Shown piece by piece: positions 20,036 through 29,803 of a stretch of 64,000 bases of DNA (the stretch's first letter is position 1; every line of letters begins with the position of its first letter). Below the pieces are notes generated by a model, which saw only the letters and a list, made by a program, of their open reading frames with translations, had not been told where the DNA came from and did not search any database. Made by a program: the position numbers and the translations under genes. The DNA lies in the NCBI GenBank assembly GCA_963754945.1, contig CAVWIG010000017.1:128001-192000 (forward strand). The letters are read 5' to 3'. This DNA is from Methanotrichaceae archaeon (GTDB lineage: Archaea > Halobacteriota > Methanosarcinia > Methanotrichales > Methanotrichaceae).

Positions 20036-20397
20036 ATAGATGTTTCCCTTTAAGGAGTTCATATGGCATTTTGACAGAACTTCTAGTTATATGCATTAAT
20101 TATACAACATTCGAAATTAAAGCTTATCGCCTGTGCCTCGGCCTTCAATTGGCCAGAATTTAATAGGTCATTTAATAGGTCGAATCTACTTCTACGTACT
20201 TTATGCGGGAGACAGGCCGCCAAAAAATTGACATTGATGAAGTCGAGAAACAGATTCGACTATTGGAGATGATGTCATTGCACGCAGAAAATGGCCCATT
20301 TCCATTTCGGGCTATCTGCCCAATTAGGGCTTCGTGCAGTTCTGCACTAGGCCTAAGCAGATTGTTTTTTGCATTGATTGCCTTTCTAATTTGGCCT

Positions 20398-20850
20398 TTA
20401 GATCTTCTCCCTCATCATCTTGCCGAAGAAGCCGTTCACCACGGCTCCATCAGGTGCTGCAAGAACCTCGAGGCCGTTAAACTCCTCTGAGCCACACAGT
20501 ACGTCCTGCTCAGGGTGAGTTCCCGGCTGGATCTCACAGCTCATTTTAATCCTCTGTCCGATGGAGACAACGGACTTAAGCCTGGGGGAGGCAGGATGGT
20601 CTTTAGGGAGCACTATTAATGGTGAATTTAGCTCCCTTATCTGAAAAATAGTACACCTGAGCCCTCGCCTGATCCTTTCGCCAATGCCGAAGGCCGAAGC
20701 AACAATGAGATCCTGGTGCTCTGTGAACAGCACGACCTCTTCCACATCAGAGTCGAGATAAAAAAAGTTGCCTAGGGTCTTAGCCAAGGCTACTGTCCCG
20801 GTTTGACCGAGAAGATAGGCGATTTCGTCGTCTTTAAGTTGAACACGCAT
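20398..20850 (-). CDS. Hypothetical protein (probably conserved in methanogens)
   Basis: 150-aa ORF 3 nt downstream of the zinc-ribbon gene; contains a PGTHPEQDVLCG motif. Confidence 0.65.
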   Translation of the reverse strand: MRVQLKDDEIAYLLGQTGTVALAKTLGNFFYLDSDVEEVVLFTEHQDLIVASAFGIGERIRRGLRCTIFQIRELNSPLIVLPKDHPASPRLKSVVSIGQRIKMSCEIQPGTHPEQDVLCGSEEFNGLEVLAAPDGAVVNGFFGKMMREKI

Positions 20851-20853
20851 GAT

Positions 20854-21006
20854 TTAAACAGACTTTACATTCCGGGATTTACAAGAAGGACACATCGCCT
20901 TCCTTCCCATGGCCTTGAACTTGTTCTTGCAGTCAAGGCACTCGAAATCTTTCGTGGCCAAGGACTCGATATTTCCGATATCAGGCCCACCACCAACTGT
21001 GCACAT
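20854..21006 (-). CDS. Small zinc-ribbon protein (50 aa, absent from ORF track)
   Basis: MCTVGGGPDIGNIESLATKDFECLDCKNKFKAMGRKAMCPSCKSRNVKSV; two CxxC motifs and a GAGGTGA RBS. Confidence 0.8.
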   Translation of the reverse strand: MCTVGGGPDIGNIESLATKDFECLDCKNKFKAMGRKAMCPSCKSRNVKSV

Positions 21007-21200
21007 TCCGCCTTCACCTCTTTTCCTTTGTATGGTTTGTATGAATATTTAAATCAGGCGGCCCCCGGTCTCAATATCCTGGGCCCCAAAGGCAACCGTT
21101 TTAACATCTCATGATCGCTTGCCCGATGTACCAAGACAAATGGTGGAATGTGCCAATGTATCAAACTGCCGATGGTCAGTGCAGCTCGGGTTTTAAGCCG

Positions 21201-21812
21201 CTACGAACGATTCTCAATCTCTTTCAGAAAAGCCTCTATCTTTGCCTTAAACTCGTCGAGATCGCCATTGTTATCTATTCTCAGATCCGCCTCATTAAAG
21301 GCCTCGCACATCCCCCACCCCAGCTCACGGCACTCGCGCTTCCCCAGAGCCTCGGCGGTCTTTTGAAGGCGGTCTTCGCAGGATCGGACGATCTTTGAGC
21401 CCTGTGCAGTTCTATCCTCGGAGTTTGCGTCGTCGGATCTTCCGCGATTAGCTATGCGGCTAAGCCTGGCCTCCTCAGACGCAGACACCTCCACCAGCAT
21501 GAAATCATCCGAGTTTTCCCTGAAGAACTCGACTTCCTCCTTTGACCTAAGCCCGTCGATCACGACAAGATCTTTCCCGGACCTTCTGGCCAGCTCAAAG
21601 GTTCGTTTGGCTACGGCCTCTGGCCCTTCACGAGCCCTTAGAGCGTTGCCAACGTTGCCCAGGTTCTCATCCGTAAGCGGAAGGCCCATGCGTGCAGCCT
21701 CACAGCGGATGACATCCCCCATCACCACCACTTCCAACCCTGCGGTTCGAGCGACGTTTGAAGCCACGCTCTTCCCCGAGCCGGGCATGCCCACAAAGCC
21801 GATGATCTTCAA
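21201..21812 (-). CDS. UPF0200 / dephospho-CoA kinase-like P-loop protein
   Basis: GMPGSGKS, MGDVIR, IDGLRS..EV and RGRSDD motifs. Confidence 0.85.
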   Translation of the reverse strand: MKIIGFVGMPGSGKSVASNVARTAGLEVVVMGDVIRCEAARMGLPLTDENLGNVGNALRAREGPEAVAKRTFELARRSGKDLVVIDGLRSKEEVEFFRENSDDFMLVEVSASEEARLSRIANRGRSDDANSEDRTAQGSKIVRSCEDRLQKTAEALGKRECRELGWGMCEAFNEADLRIDNNGDLDEFKAKIEAFLKEIENRS

Positions 21813-22672
21813 TGTTCAGCCCTCTCGTTCCCCAGCATAGCTACACAAGGGTCTTTTGACTCGTCTATCTTCCCTTTGGGGATAGGTCTTATTTGCACGT
21901 CGATCAAGTCTTTCAAGGATTCGGCCATAAGTCTTAATCTATCCAAAGATACCGGTTCGAACTCTTTTTTCCTAGGTAAACCTTGCTGGAGCACCATTAG
22001 GTCTAGCTTGTTTCCTGGATTCTCTGATTTCAGCGCGTTGAGTGCCCTTGCAATTTCTACGACCTCAGGATCAGATGGCATCTCTGGGAATACTGTTGTA
22101 CGGATCTCCAGGTTGACTCCGGAGACGATGCAGGTTCTCAGGCTCTCTTGAACAAGAGGAGCTATGCCCTTCATGCCTGTAGCTTTTCCGTACTCGTGTT
22201 CACGAAGAACCGCCTTGACATCTAGAAAGACTTTGTCCACCAGATTTTCTCGAAGAATTTTCGATAGCTGGTCTGGGTAGCACCCGGATGTCTCCAGGCC
22301 GGTTTTCAGCCCCAAGTCCCTTGCAACGCGAAACATAGCTGCTGCTTGCTTTGGCTGCATCAAGGGCTCACCTCCTGAGATAACAAGAGCGTTCACGAAT
22401 GGCTTTGTTGTAACACGATCGCAGGCCTCATTCAGGTCGATCTGTCCTGAATTGTCGAAAAAGGTGCTTGTATTTTTCATCTCTCCCTTGACCTGGGATA
22501 CAATCTGGGACATGATCTCATGAAGCTCGACCATGTTCTCCCCTTCTTGAAGCTCGCGGTTCTGGCAGTGGGGGCATCTCAGGGGACAGCCCCGAAAGAA
22601 AACCACAGTAGTTGCCGATCCCGTCCAGTCCACGGTCGATAGGCTCACAACCCCGCCCAGATTAATTTGCAT
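21809..22672 (-). CDS. Anaerobic ribonucleotide reductase activase-like radical SAM protein
   Basis: STVDW, GCPLRCPHCQN, SGGEP and EIRTTV motifs. Confidence 0.85.
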   Translation of the reverse strand: MQINLGGVVSLSTVDWTGSATTVVFFRGCPLRCPHCQNRELQEGENMVELHEIMSQIVSQVKGEMKNTSTFFDNSGQIDLNEACDRVTTKPFVNALVISGGEPLMQPKQAAAMFRVARDLGLKTGLETSGCYPDQLSKILRENLVDKVFLDVKAVLREHEYGKATGMKGIAPLVQESLRTCIVSGVNLEIRTTVFPEMPSDPEVVEIARALNALKSENPGNKLDLMVLQQGLPRKKEFEPVSLDRLRLMAESLKDLIDVQIRPIPKGKIDESKDPCVAMLGNERAEH

Positions 22673-23996
22673 CGTGCATTTCCGACTTTTCTATTTCCAG
22701 CGCCACAGGTCTGCCCGCTATTCTATCCAGCATGGCCTTCAGCTCCGTCTCACTCCTTGAGACGAGTTCTTCCATAGTCGAGAGGGACTTCGTGTTCTGT
22801 TCCATGCTGGCCTTGGTCATCTCAATTTGCTTTGATGTTTGCTTTAGCGTCTCTTCCAGCCGGGTCATCTCCTGAGAGCTTTCAGAAAGCTTCTCCAATA
22901 GACCTTTTGAGATTTCTGAGATCTCAGAGTGTTCGGCCTTCAGCGTCTCCAGGGGTTTGTCCTTGATGAGCCTGTCCAGGTGTTCCACGATCTTCTCTCG
23001 CTTCTTGTCCTTGAGTCCAAGTAGGTCCACTTTCGACCTCAGCTCCAGCAACGTACCGGAAATGTCGCTGTCCATGACCTCCTGCGGCGACCTGATAAGA
23101 AGATCGAAGGCACTCCTGTTTCCGAGATCCAGCCGGTCACTCGAATCCTGCTTTACGAGCCTTGCCAGGGCTTTCGTTAGAGGAAAGACCAGATCAGCCA
23201 TCTCTGTCTCGATTTTGGTCAGCTCAATGAGCTTGATATCGAGGGATTCCTTCAGAGCCTTTGTTCTCCGCCCTTTTTCGCTTGACTCCAGCACTTCCAG
23301 ATCTGATTGGGCTTTTATCGCATAATCCTGGAGCTCAACCAGCTTCTTCTCCAAGTCCTGCAGCTTCTTCTTCAGTTCCCTGATCTGGCGAACCTTATCC
23401 GAAACTTCACATCCAAGCTTCTTGGAGGCGTTGATATCCAGTAGCTCACTCTGGCGTTTATCGACGGCCTCGTTCAGGTACACGAGCATATGGCTGGTTC
23501 TGTTCAAGTCGGATTTCAGCTTCTCGGCCTGGCCAGGAAAGAGGGCAGCAACATAGTTCTGAGCCCTGCCAAACTTGAGAACGGTGTTCCCCAGGCCTTT
23601 GACCATTCTGGAATGGTATTCCGCAGCAGAACTGACATCCATAGCCGAGGGCGGGGCTAGCTTCTCCATAAGGCCCTTCATCTGAACAATAAGAGCTTCT
23701 TTGGCGGCTAGGCTGGCGTTTAGAAGTCTGGGTGGAGCAGACTTTTCCGGAGCTGCGCATCTCAGTGCCTCTATATCCACGGCCAGATCCACTGCCACAG
23801 ATCCAATCTTGGCATAAATATCGTTGATCTTCTGTTCGAACTCTGGATTCTCTGCCCTCTGGTCTAGCCAGACTTCAAGATCGGATAGGGCTAGCCTCGA
23901 AGCCGGGTTGGCAGAATTGTCTCTCTTGAATATGTTGTTAAGCCATTTCAACTCGTCTTCACCCGATCTCTTCCATTGATTTTGCTCTTGCTCCAT
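22662..23996 (-). CDS. Long coiled-coil hypothetical protein
   Basis: 444-aa E/K/L-rich ORF overlapping the activase start. Confidence 0.75.
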   Translation of the reverse strand: MEQEQNQWKRSGEDELKWLNNIFKRDNSANPASRLALSDLEVWLDQRAENPEFEQKINDIYAKIGSVAVDLAVDIEALRCAAPEKSAPPRLLNASLAAKEALIVQMKGLMEKLAPPSAMDVSSAAEYHSRMVKGLGNTVLKFGRAQNYVAALFPGQAEKLKSDLNRTSHMLVYLNEAVDKRQSELLDINASKKLGCEVSDKVRQIRELKKKLQDLEKKLVELQDYAIKAQSDLEVLESSEKGRRTKALKESLDIKLIELTKIETEMADLVFPLTKALARLVKQDSSDRLDLGNRSAFDLLIRSPQEVMDSDISGTLLELRSKVDLLGLKDKKREKIVEHLDRLIKDKPLETLKAEHSEISEISKGLLEKLSESSQEMTRLEETLKQTSKQIEMTKASMEQNTKSLSTMEELVSRSETELKAMLDRIAGRPVALEIEKSEMHDAN

Positions 23997-24180
23997 TCTA
24001 AGCTCGAACGACTTGCAGGAATTATTTATGAATTACCGAAATTGCCCTTGCTCATCCAATATCCGCCATTATATTCCAGATTTGTCATGATAATTTTAAC
24101 ATCTGATAAGATCCGTCTTAATCCCTCTACAGGGCCCCATTCTGCCAAGGATCCCTTTCGATCTCGCGCCAGAGGTACAA

Positions 24181-25353
24181 TCATACCCGCCAGATCTCCT
24201 GCGGCAAACTGGTCAGCCTCTCGGCCCCATTCGGAGTAGTCAAGTAGGTATCTTCTACTCCCAGTACGCCCCTGTCTGGATAGATCATCTTCGGCTCTAC
24301 GGCGATTGTCATATTGCTTTGAATGGCGTGATCAAGAGGACCAATGACAGGATACTCATCCAGCTCCAGGCCCACCCCGTGACCAACAAAGCCGCATTTA
24401 TTACCCGGTGGGCCGCCCAGGTAATCCTTGTAGCCGAGCTTCTCTCCAATCGCCTCGGATAGCTCGAACAACTCTTTTCCTGTCCTGCCCGGCCGGAGTT
24501 CTCTGGCTATAGCATTCTCGATCTCCAGTGCTGCACCGTAGGCGTCTTCCAGCTCTGAGTCAAGCTTGCCCAAGGAGAAGATCCTGGTGGCATCGGCGAT
24601 GTATCCGTTGTATATGCCCACAGTGTCCACAAAAATAGGCTCGTTCCGCTTGATCTTGTTGAACCCAGCTCCTTGAGGAAAGATTAGGGACGTTCCTTTC
24701 CCGCCTGTAGGCGAAGCCAGGAAACTTGGGAACGCTGCTTCAGAACCGCACATGACATGGCCCAGGGGGACGATGCTGTTGAACCTTCTGAAGCGCAAAG
24801 AACCCTGATGGCCCATAGACCTCATCACGGATTCGAGACGGCAGATCAGGTCTACTTCCTTCATTCCCTCTTCAATGTAATCTGGAACCGATGAGATCCC
24901 GGCATCCAGGATTCTGGCAGCCTCCCTGACCAGGCCAAGCTCGAATTCTGACTTTACGGATCTTATGTGTCTGATTCTTTCAGAAACGTCAACGAACTTG
25001 ACATCCTGCAGGACGCTGGCAATACGGAAATAAAAGCTGCAGGGAAGAACATCCATCTCCAGGCCGACGGTTGCACCCTCTGGTATTCCGAGGTCCGAAC
25101 TCAGGTTTCTCATATTCTTGAGCGGTCTGACGTTTAGAGGTGACTCCTGAATAGCTCGCTCTAGGCTCCTCCTCATCATCACAGCAGGTTCGCCACTCTT
25201 TGGTACATAGACAAGACCGTCCTGGGCTGTTCCTGAAAAGTAGCATACGTCCGCGGATTGAAATAGCAATGCTCCGTTGATATCGCCCATCTGGGACTGA
25301 AAGGCCTTTATCCTGTCATCTATCTCCGACTTCGGGGTAAGAACGTACTCCAT
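24181..25353 (-). CDS. Xaa-Pro peptidase family (M24) protein
   Basis: R.VKSE.E, YIADATR, GHGVGLE.DE.P, AVEPK and GVED motifs. Confidence 0.9.
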   Translation of the reverse strand: MEYVLTPKSEIDDRIKAFQSQMGDINGALLFQSADVCYFSGTAQDGLVYVPKSGEPAVMMRRSLERAIQESPLNVRPLKNMRNLSSDLGIPEGATVGLEMDVLPCSFYFRIASVLQDVKFVDVSERIRHIRSVKSEFELGLVREAARILDAGISSVPDYIEEGMKEVDLICRLESVMRSMGHQGSLRFRRFNSIVPLGHVMCGSEAAFPSFLASPTGGKGTSLIFPQGAGFNKIKRNEPIFVDTVGIYNGYIADATRIFSLGKLDSELEDAYGAALEIENAIARELRPGRTGKELFELSEAIGEKLGYKDYLGGPPGNKCGFVGHGVGLELDEYPVIGPLDHAIQSNMTIAVEPKMIYPDRGVLGVEDTYLTTPNGAERLTSLPQEIWRV

Positions 25354-25541
25354 TCGATCTGCCTCTGCTATTCATCCTCACTTTTGGAACGAATCCCTTG
25401 ATACAATGCTCAACTATTTAGAGGTCTTCCCAAAAAGACACGATTAAGAACTCGTTGTCGATATAGTCGCAGGAGTCGAAAGGCATCGAGAATAAAGTCT
25501 AAATTATTTGCATCATAACCACATTTCAAGAGGCGAAGCTT

Positions 25542-26057
25542 ATGCTCGACATATTAAGGAAAAGGCGCAGTATCCGAAAGTACGAAGATAAAAAGATCGA
25601 ACCGGAGACCATCGAACTCTTAAAGGAAGCAGTACTACGCGCTCCAACTTCGCGTGGCATCAAGCCCTGGCGATTCGTGTTTGTTACCGACAAAGCCTTG
25701 CTGGAAGAGCTGTCCAAAGCCAAAAAGAGCGGTTCTGGTTTCTTAAAGGGCGCGAGCTTAGGCGTTGTGGTGTGCGCCTATGAGAACGAATCTGACGTCT
25801 GGATCGAGGATTGTTCCATCGCCTCCATAATCCTGCAGCTTGCTGGCCTTAGCCATGGACTAGGATCCTGCTGGATTCAGATCAGGAACAGGATGTACAG
25901 CAGTGACATGTCTTCGGAAGAGTACATAAGGAGCATTATGGATTTATCGAAGAACATGCAAGTGGAATCGATGATATCGTTCGGTTACCCAGATGAGGTG
26001 AAATCGCCCGTGCTCAAAGAACAGCTTGATTACCACAAAATAATTTCAATGGATTGA
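25542..26057 (+). CDS. Nitroreductase family protein
   Basis: RRSIRKY, APTS...PWRF and GLGSCW motifs. Confidence 0.9.
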   Translation: MLDILRKRRSIRKYEDKKIEPETIELLKEAVLRAPTSRGIKPWRFVFVTDKALLEELSKAKKSGSGFLKGASLGVVVCAYENESDVWIEDCSIASIILQLAGLSHGLGSCWIQIRNRMYSSDMSSEEYIRSIMDLSKNMQVESMISFGYPDEVKSPVLKEQLDYHKIISMD

Positions 26058-26183
26058 AAGTAGCTGTTGGCAGAACAATTAGGAAGCAAGCGCAGAATGG
26101 CGAGTAGATTCTCGGTCAAAAGATATTCAAGGTTGGCTTTCATAGATCAGACAAATCAGGGAATTCGACATTAGGAGTTTGAC

Positions 26184-27221
26184 ATGACAGCTTCGAGGAA
26201 CCAACAAGCAGAGACAGTCGGAATTGCTTCCATCGGCTACTACATTCCACCTGACACCATCACCAGCGAAGAGATGTCGAGACTCTCGGGCATTCCCCTC
26301 CAGGTCTTCATAGACAAGATAGGAATGGAGCAAAAGCACATTGCATCGGATGACGAGCAGCCGTCAGAGATGGGAATTCGCGCGACCAAGGAGGCAATTA
26401 GGAAGGCCGGCATCGACTCCAACGAGATTGATATAATAGCCTATTGCGGAGCAGGTTTTTACGACTACAGGATCTGGTCTCCAGCGGCTAGGATTCAGGA
26501 TGCCATCGGTGCTAACGACTGCTATGCTTTTGAGGTCAAGAACGGCTGCAATGGAGGAAACCTTGGGGTTAATATCTGCAAAAATCTTCTTTTAGGCGAC
26601 CCCGGCAAGAAATATGCCCTGGTGGTCTGCGCCGAGAAGCTTTCCAAGTCCATCGATTATACCAATTCCGACTCTCTTTCCCTATTCATGGCCGCAGATG
26701 GGGCCGCAGCAGCAGTCCTTAAGAAAGGAGAGGCCGCCAACAGATTGCTCTCCTACGCTTCTATGACAGACGGTTCAACCGTCGACTGTGTCAAGGTTCC
26801 CCTTGGAGGAACGAAGTTCCCCTACAATCCTACCAGTTTCGATAGCAAGCATAACTACATTTGTGTGGACGATCCCGAAGGCCTGGATCGCATTTTGTCT
26901 CAGACGTATTTGAATAACTATGTGAAGGTAATATCAAGGGCAGTTGAAAATAGCGGCTATTCCCTGGAAGACATCGATTTCCTATTCACCAATCAAGTGA
27001 AGAAGAGCCTACTTAAGGACATCCTTCAATCTGTAGGACTAAAAAAAGACAAAACTATGATCTCCATAAGGGAGTACGGACACATGGGTACCGTCGATAC
27101 ACTATTCAATCTCTCCAGAGCGATTGATTCCGGAAATCTTGGGCAAGGCTGCCTTGCAGTTCTGGCCAGCAGCGGTGCCGGGTTTACCTGGGCTGCTATG
27201 GCTATAGAATTCTGGCACTAG
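26184..27221 (+). CDS. 3-oxoacyl-ACP synthase III (FabH)-like condensing enzyme / acyltransferase
   Basis: NGCNGG catalytic Cys, DGAAAAVL, YGHMG and GAGFTW motifs. Confidence 0.85.
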   Translation: MTASRNQQAETVGIASIGYYIPPDTITSEEMSRLSGIPLQVFIDKIGMEQKHIASDDEQPSEMGIRATKEAIRKAGIDSNEIDIIAYCGAGFYDYRIWSPAARIQDAIGANDCYAFEVKNGCNGGNLGVNICKNLLLGDPGKKYALVVCAEKLSKSIDYTNSDSLSLFMAADGAAAAVLKKGEAANRLLSYASMTDGSTVDCVKVPLGGTKFPYNPTSFDSKHNYICVDDPEGLDRILSQTYLNNYVKVISRAVENSGYSLEDIDFLFTNQVKKSLLKDILQSVGLKKDKTMISIREYGHMGTVDTLFNLSRAIDSGNLGQGCLAVLASSGAGFTWAAMAIEFWH

Positions 27222-27848
27222 GCGCTTACTTAAGTATTTAGGGTCTCTCAAGCTCTTGATGCTCTAGAGATATCAAGACCCGGATCGAGTTGCTGTCGCG
27301 TTGCCCTTTCCGGTCATCACATCCGAATTGTACAACTCATAGCTCCCATTGAGTGTACCTTTAATCATGAATAGTCTCAGAACATATTTTTCAATCGATT
27401 TACTGGCTACGGCACCAAACCCCAGCTTGAGATCCATATCGAGAGTATCATTAGAAAGAAACCCTGTTCCAGTTATTGGAATCGCCAAGTCGTTCCCTTT
27501 TAGGTTGCCGTAGCCCTGAACCCGATCTTTGCCATCTTCTGCAGAATCCGTTGATTGGACAAGGATGAGATCTATAGAGGTATTAGCGGCACTGTTGAGC
27601 TTGACGTACCATTTACCGGATAAGTCCGGATTTGGCGTGGCATTTGAACGGTTTGCGCCACTTTGGGTTTTCACATCGGTTACAACAGCGCTACCCTGTG
27701 TCGCCGTGAGATTGGGCGCATCCGTAGCGGGATCGTTCACGTCCATGAGCGGGTCCTTGAGATAGTCTGTGTTGTCTCTGACAACCCACCTTCCACAGCC
27801 CGCTGATGCATTAAAGCAGAGAACTCCTACCACAAAAGCAGCAAGAAT

Positions 27849-28837
27849 TGCTGTGTCGCATGATTATTATAGTATTATTTCGTTATTCAAGAATTCATAA
27901 TTTATTTTAACTAATTACTTATATGCTCCTAAGTATATTATACAAAATGAATGCTCTTTTAATCTCGGCGACCATTCCTTCGGGTGAAGATGCCCGAACC
28001 GTCTCACCAAAGATACGCTTGATCGATGAGAAGAAGCCTTCAACTGCCCACCTTCTACCGTACTGATGCATTTGCTTCCAACCCTTGTAGCCCATTTTTT
28101 TGAATTCCAGAACAGCTGTTGACCTGGCTGATGCATCTTTACCTACTATCGCGTTCTCTCTGATCTTAATCCCTGGACAATCTACACCTTTCGATTTCAT
28201 AAATTCAAATGCGTCGTTTGTGTCATATGCGCCATCCATCAACCCCTCCTCAATATTGACGTCTTTCAACAAAGGGCGCAAAACCTCGCTATCCGAGGTG
28301 TCTTCTTCTGTAATTTCCATAGACAATAATCTCTTTGATTCAACGTCGACTGCCACATGAACTTTAAGCCATCCTCGCCGCTGCTTTCCGTGTTTCTCGC
28401 GCATCCAATCCCCTCTATTTGTTACCTTTATCCCAGTTGAATCAACTGCAACAACAGCGTCGTTCTCTGGTATCTCTATTCCAAGATCTTGCTTAGAGAT
28501 TCGCTTATGGAGGGTGGTATAATCTGCCGCCACCAATCCTGGTTCATAGGTCGAAAGTCGTCCAAAGAATCCTTCAAGTTGACGATATGGCATTCGAAAA
28601 AAAGAGTATATTATTGATGCAAAAGTTATAAAAGTGTTAGGGTATTTGTATGGAGCGCCTGTTTTCTTTCTATTCATTTCTCTTAATTCCCAACTCCAGT
28701 TCTTCACACAACTCAAATCGAGATAGAATTCGCCTCTTCGAACAAGTTGGGCATTATATTCTGGCCAGTCTCTATTATCAACATAGTTCATGATATAATA
28801 TTTATATTTAAACTATTTAAGCTTAATCGACACAGCA
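27849..28837 (-). mobile_element. IS5-family (IS903-like group) element, about 989 bp
   Basis: TIR TGCTGTGTCG / CGACACAGCA; TSD GCAAGAAT (8 bp, or 9 bp if the terminal A is counted). Confidence 0.9.
27919..28791 (-). CDS. IS5-family transposase
   Basis: W.EYN..LVRRG, VDSTGIK, WLKVH, DGAYD and R..VE..FS motifs; intact. Confidence 0.92.
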   Translation of the reverse strand: MNYVDNRDWPEYNAQLVRRGEFYLDLSCVKNWSWELREMNRKKTGAPYKYPNTFITFASIIYSFFRMPYRQLEGFFGRLSTYEPGLVAADYTTLHKRISKQDLGIEIPENDAVVAVDSTGIKVTNRGDWMREKHGKQRRGWLKVHVAVDVESKRLLSMEITEEDTSDSEVLRPLLKDVNIEEGLMDGAYDTNDAFEFMKSKGVDCPGIKIRENAIVGKDASARSTAVLEFKKMGYKGWKQMHQYGRRWAVEGFFSSIKRIFGETVRASSPEGMVAEIKRAFILYNILRSI

Positions 28838-28938
28838 GCAAGAATCGCAGCTTTGTAACTCATCCTTTCTTCCATGGGACTATTCCTTAATTCTTAATTT
28901 TCTAAAATAAGGATGGTCTAATTTGGCCAAACCTAATC

Positions 28939-29667
28939 CTACTGCCTTACTACGGTAGCGTTTCCCTTACCCAAGAACTTCCCCCCAGACTTCAGTACAT
29001 AAGTTCCAGATAAGGCATTGTTTGACATAAAGAGGTCGAGGTCGTATTCTCTGTCTATCTGGTTGACATACTTTCCCACTACGGTTTTTGTGCTCAATGT
29101 GACCTCCTGATCGGCTATGGCTCCGCTGGCGATCACAGGTATCTTTATGCCATCTTCTACAAGAGTTCCTGTACCCATGGCTCTGTCTGAGCCTGCTGAT
29201 AATAGGATCAGGTCTAGCGATTTGCCAGTGCTGTCATTGAATTTGACCGACCACTTGCCGCTCAAGTCTATTGGTTTGGCCTCGGTTTGAGGCTGACTGG
29301 AGCTTTGGTTACCGGTTTGATTAAGGGTCTGATTGGAATTGTTGTTTGGATTGACCAGTGGTTTGGGGCCGGGGTCTGGCATGTTCATGTTAGGACCAGT
29401 GGATACAGGCTTGATAGGTCCCCTTTCATCCGGCGCCACTCTCGGTTTCGCTGTTGGGGTCTTGATTGGAACCGCCAGATCGGAAGATGGCTTCACTAAA
29501 GAGCCCAGCTCGTGAGCTGAGACGCTGAAGTCCGGATCGTTCCCTACCGCATCGTTTCCCAGCCAGTTAGTGCCGCAGTCCTTCGAGGCACCAAGCTGAA
29601 CGGATAAAAATGAAAGTAATAAACCTAAGAAGAGTATGCTCAACGATCTCATTCTACTAACCACCAC
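28939..29667 (-). CDS. Secreted hypothetical protein (Pro/Asn-rich linker + beta-rich C-terminal domain)
   Basis: Signal peptide; DLSGKWSV...SLDLIL...G.G.L...LSGTY...GNAT is shared with the neighbouring gene. Confidence 0.8.
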   Translation of the reverse strand: MVVSRMRSLSILFLGLLLSFLSVQLGASKDCGTNWLGNDAVGNDPDFSVSAHELGSLVKPSSDLAVPIKTPTAKPRVAPDERGPIKPVSTGPNMNMPDPGPKPLVNPNNNSNQTLNQTGNQSSSQPQTEAKPIDLSGKWSVKFNDSTGKSLDLILLSAGSDRAMGTGTLVEDGIKIPVIASGAIADQEVTLSTKTVVGKYVNQIDREYDLDLFMSNNALSGTYVLKSGGKFLGKGNATVVRQ

Positions 29668-29803
29668 CTGCGAATAGTTATTGGCTAACAGCTTTAAAGA
29701 TTGCCCTAAATCCTTGGTTCAAAACCGGGCGGAAAACATACAGCAATCTTCTGGCTCATCAAACACACTTGGTTCCTCGTTGATGTAAATTATCGTTTGC
29801 GAT

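Larger units (their letters stand above)
27273..28875 (-). pseudogene. Secreted hypothetical protein, signal peptide interrupted by IS5
   Basis: Removing the IS restores MEERMSYKAAILAAFVVGVLCFNASAGCG...; paralog of 28939..29667. Confidence 0.8.

Noticed and set aside
20159-20181. Direct repeat TTTAATAGGTC x2 as an operator
   Set aside because: No adjacent gene start or second instance to support a function.
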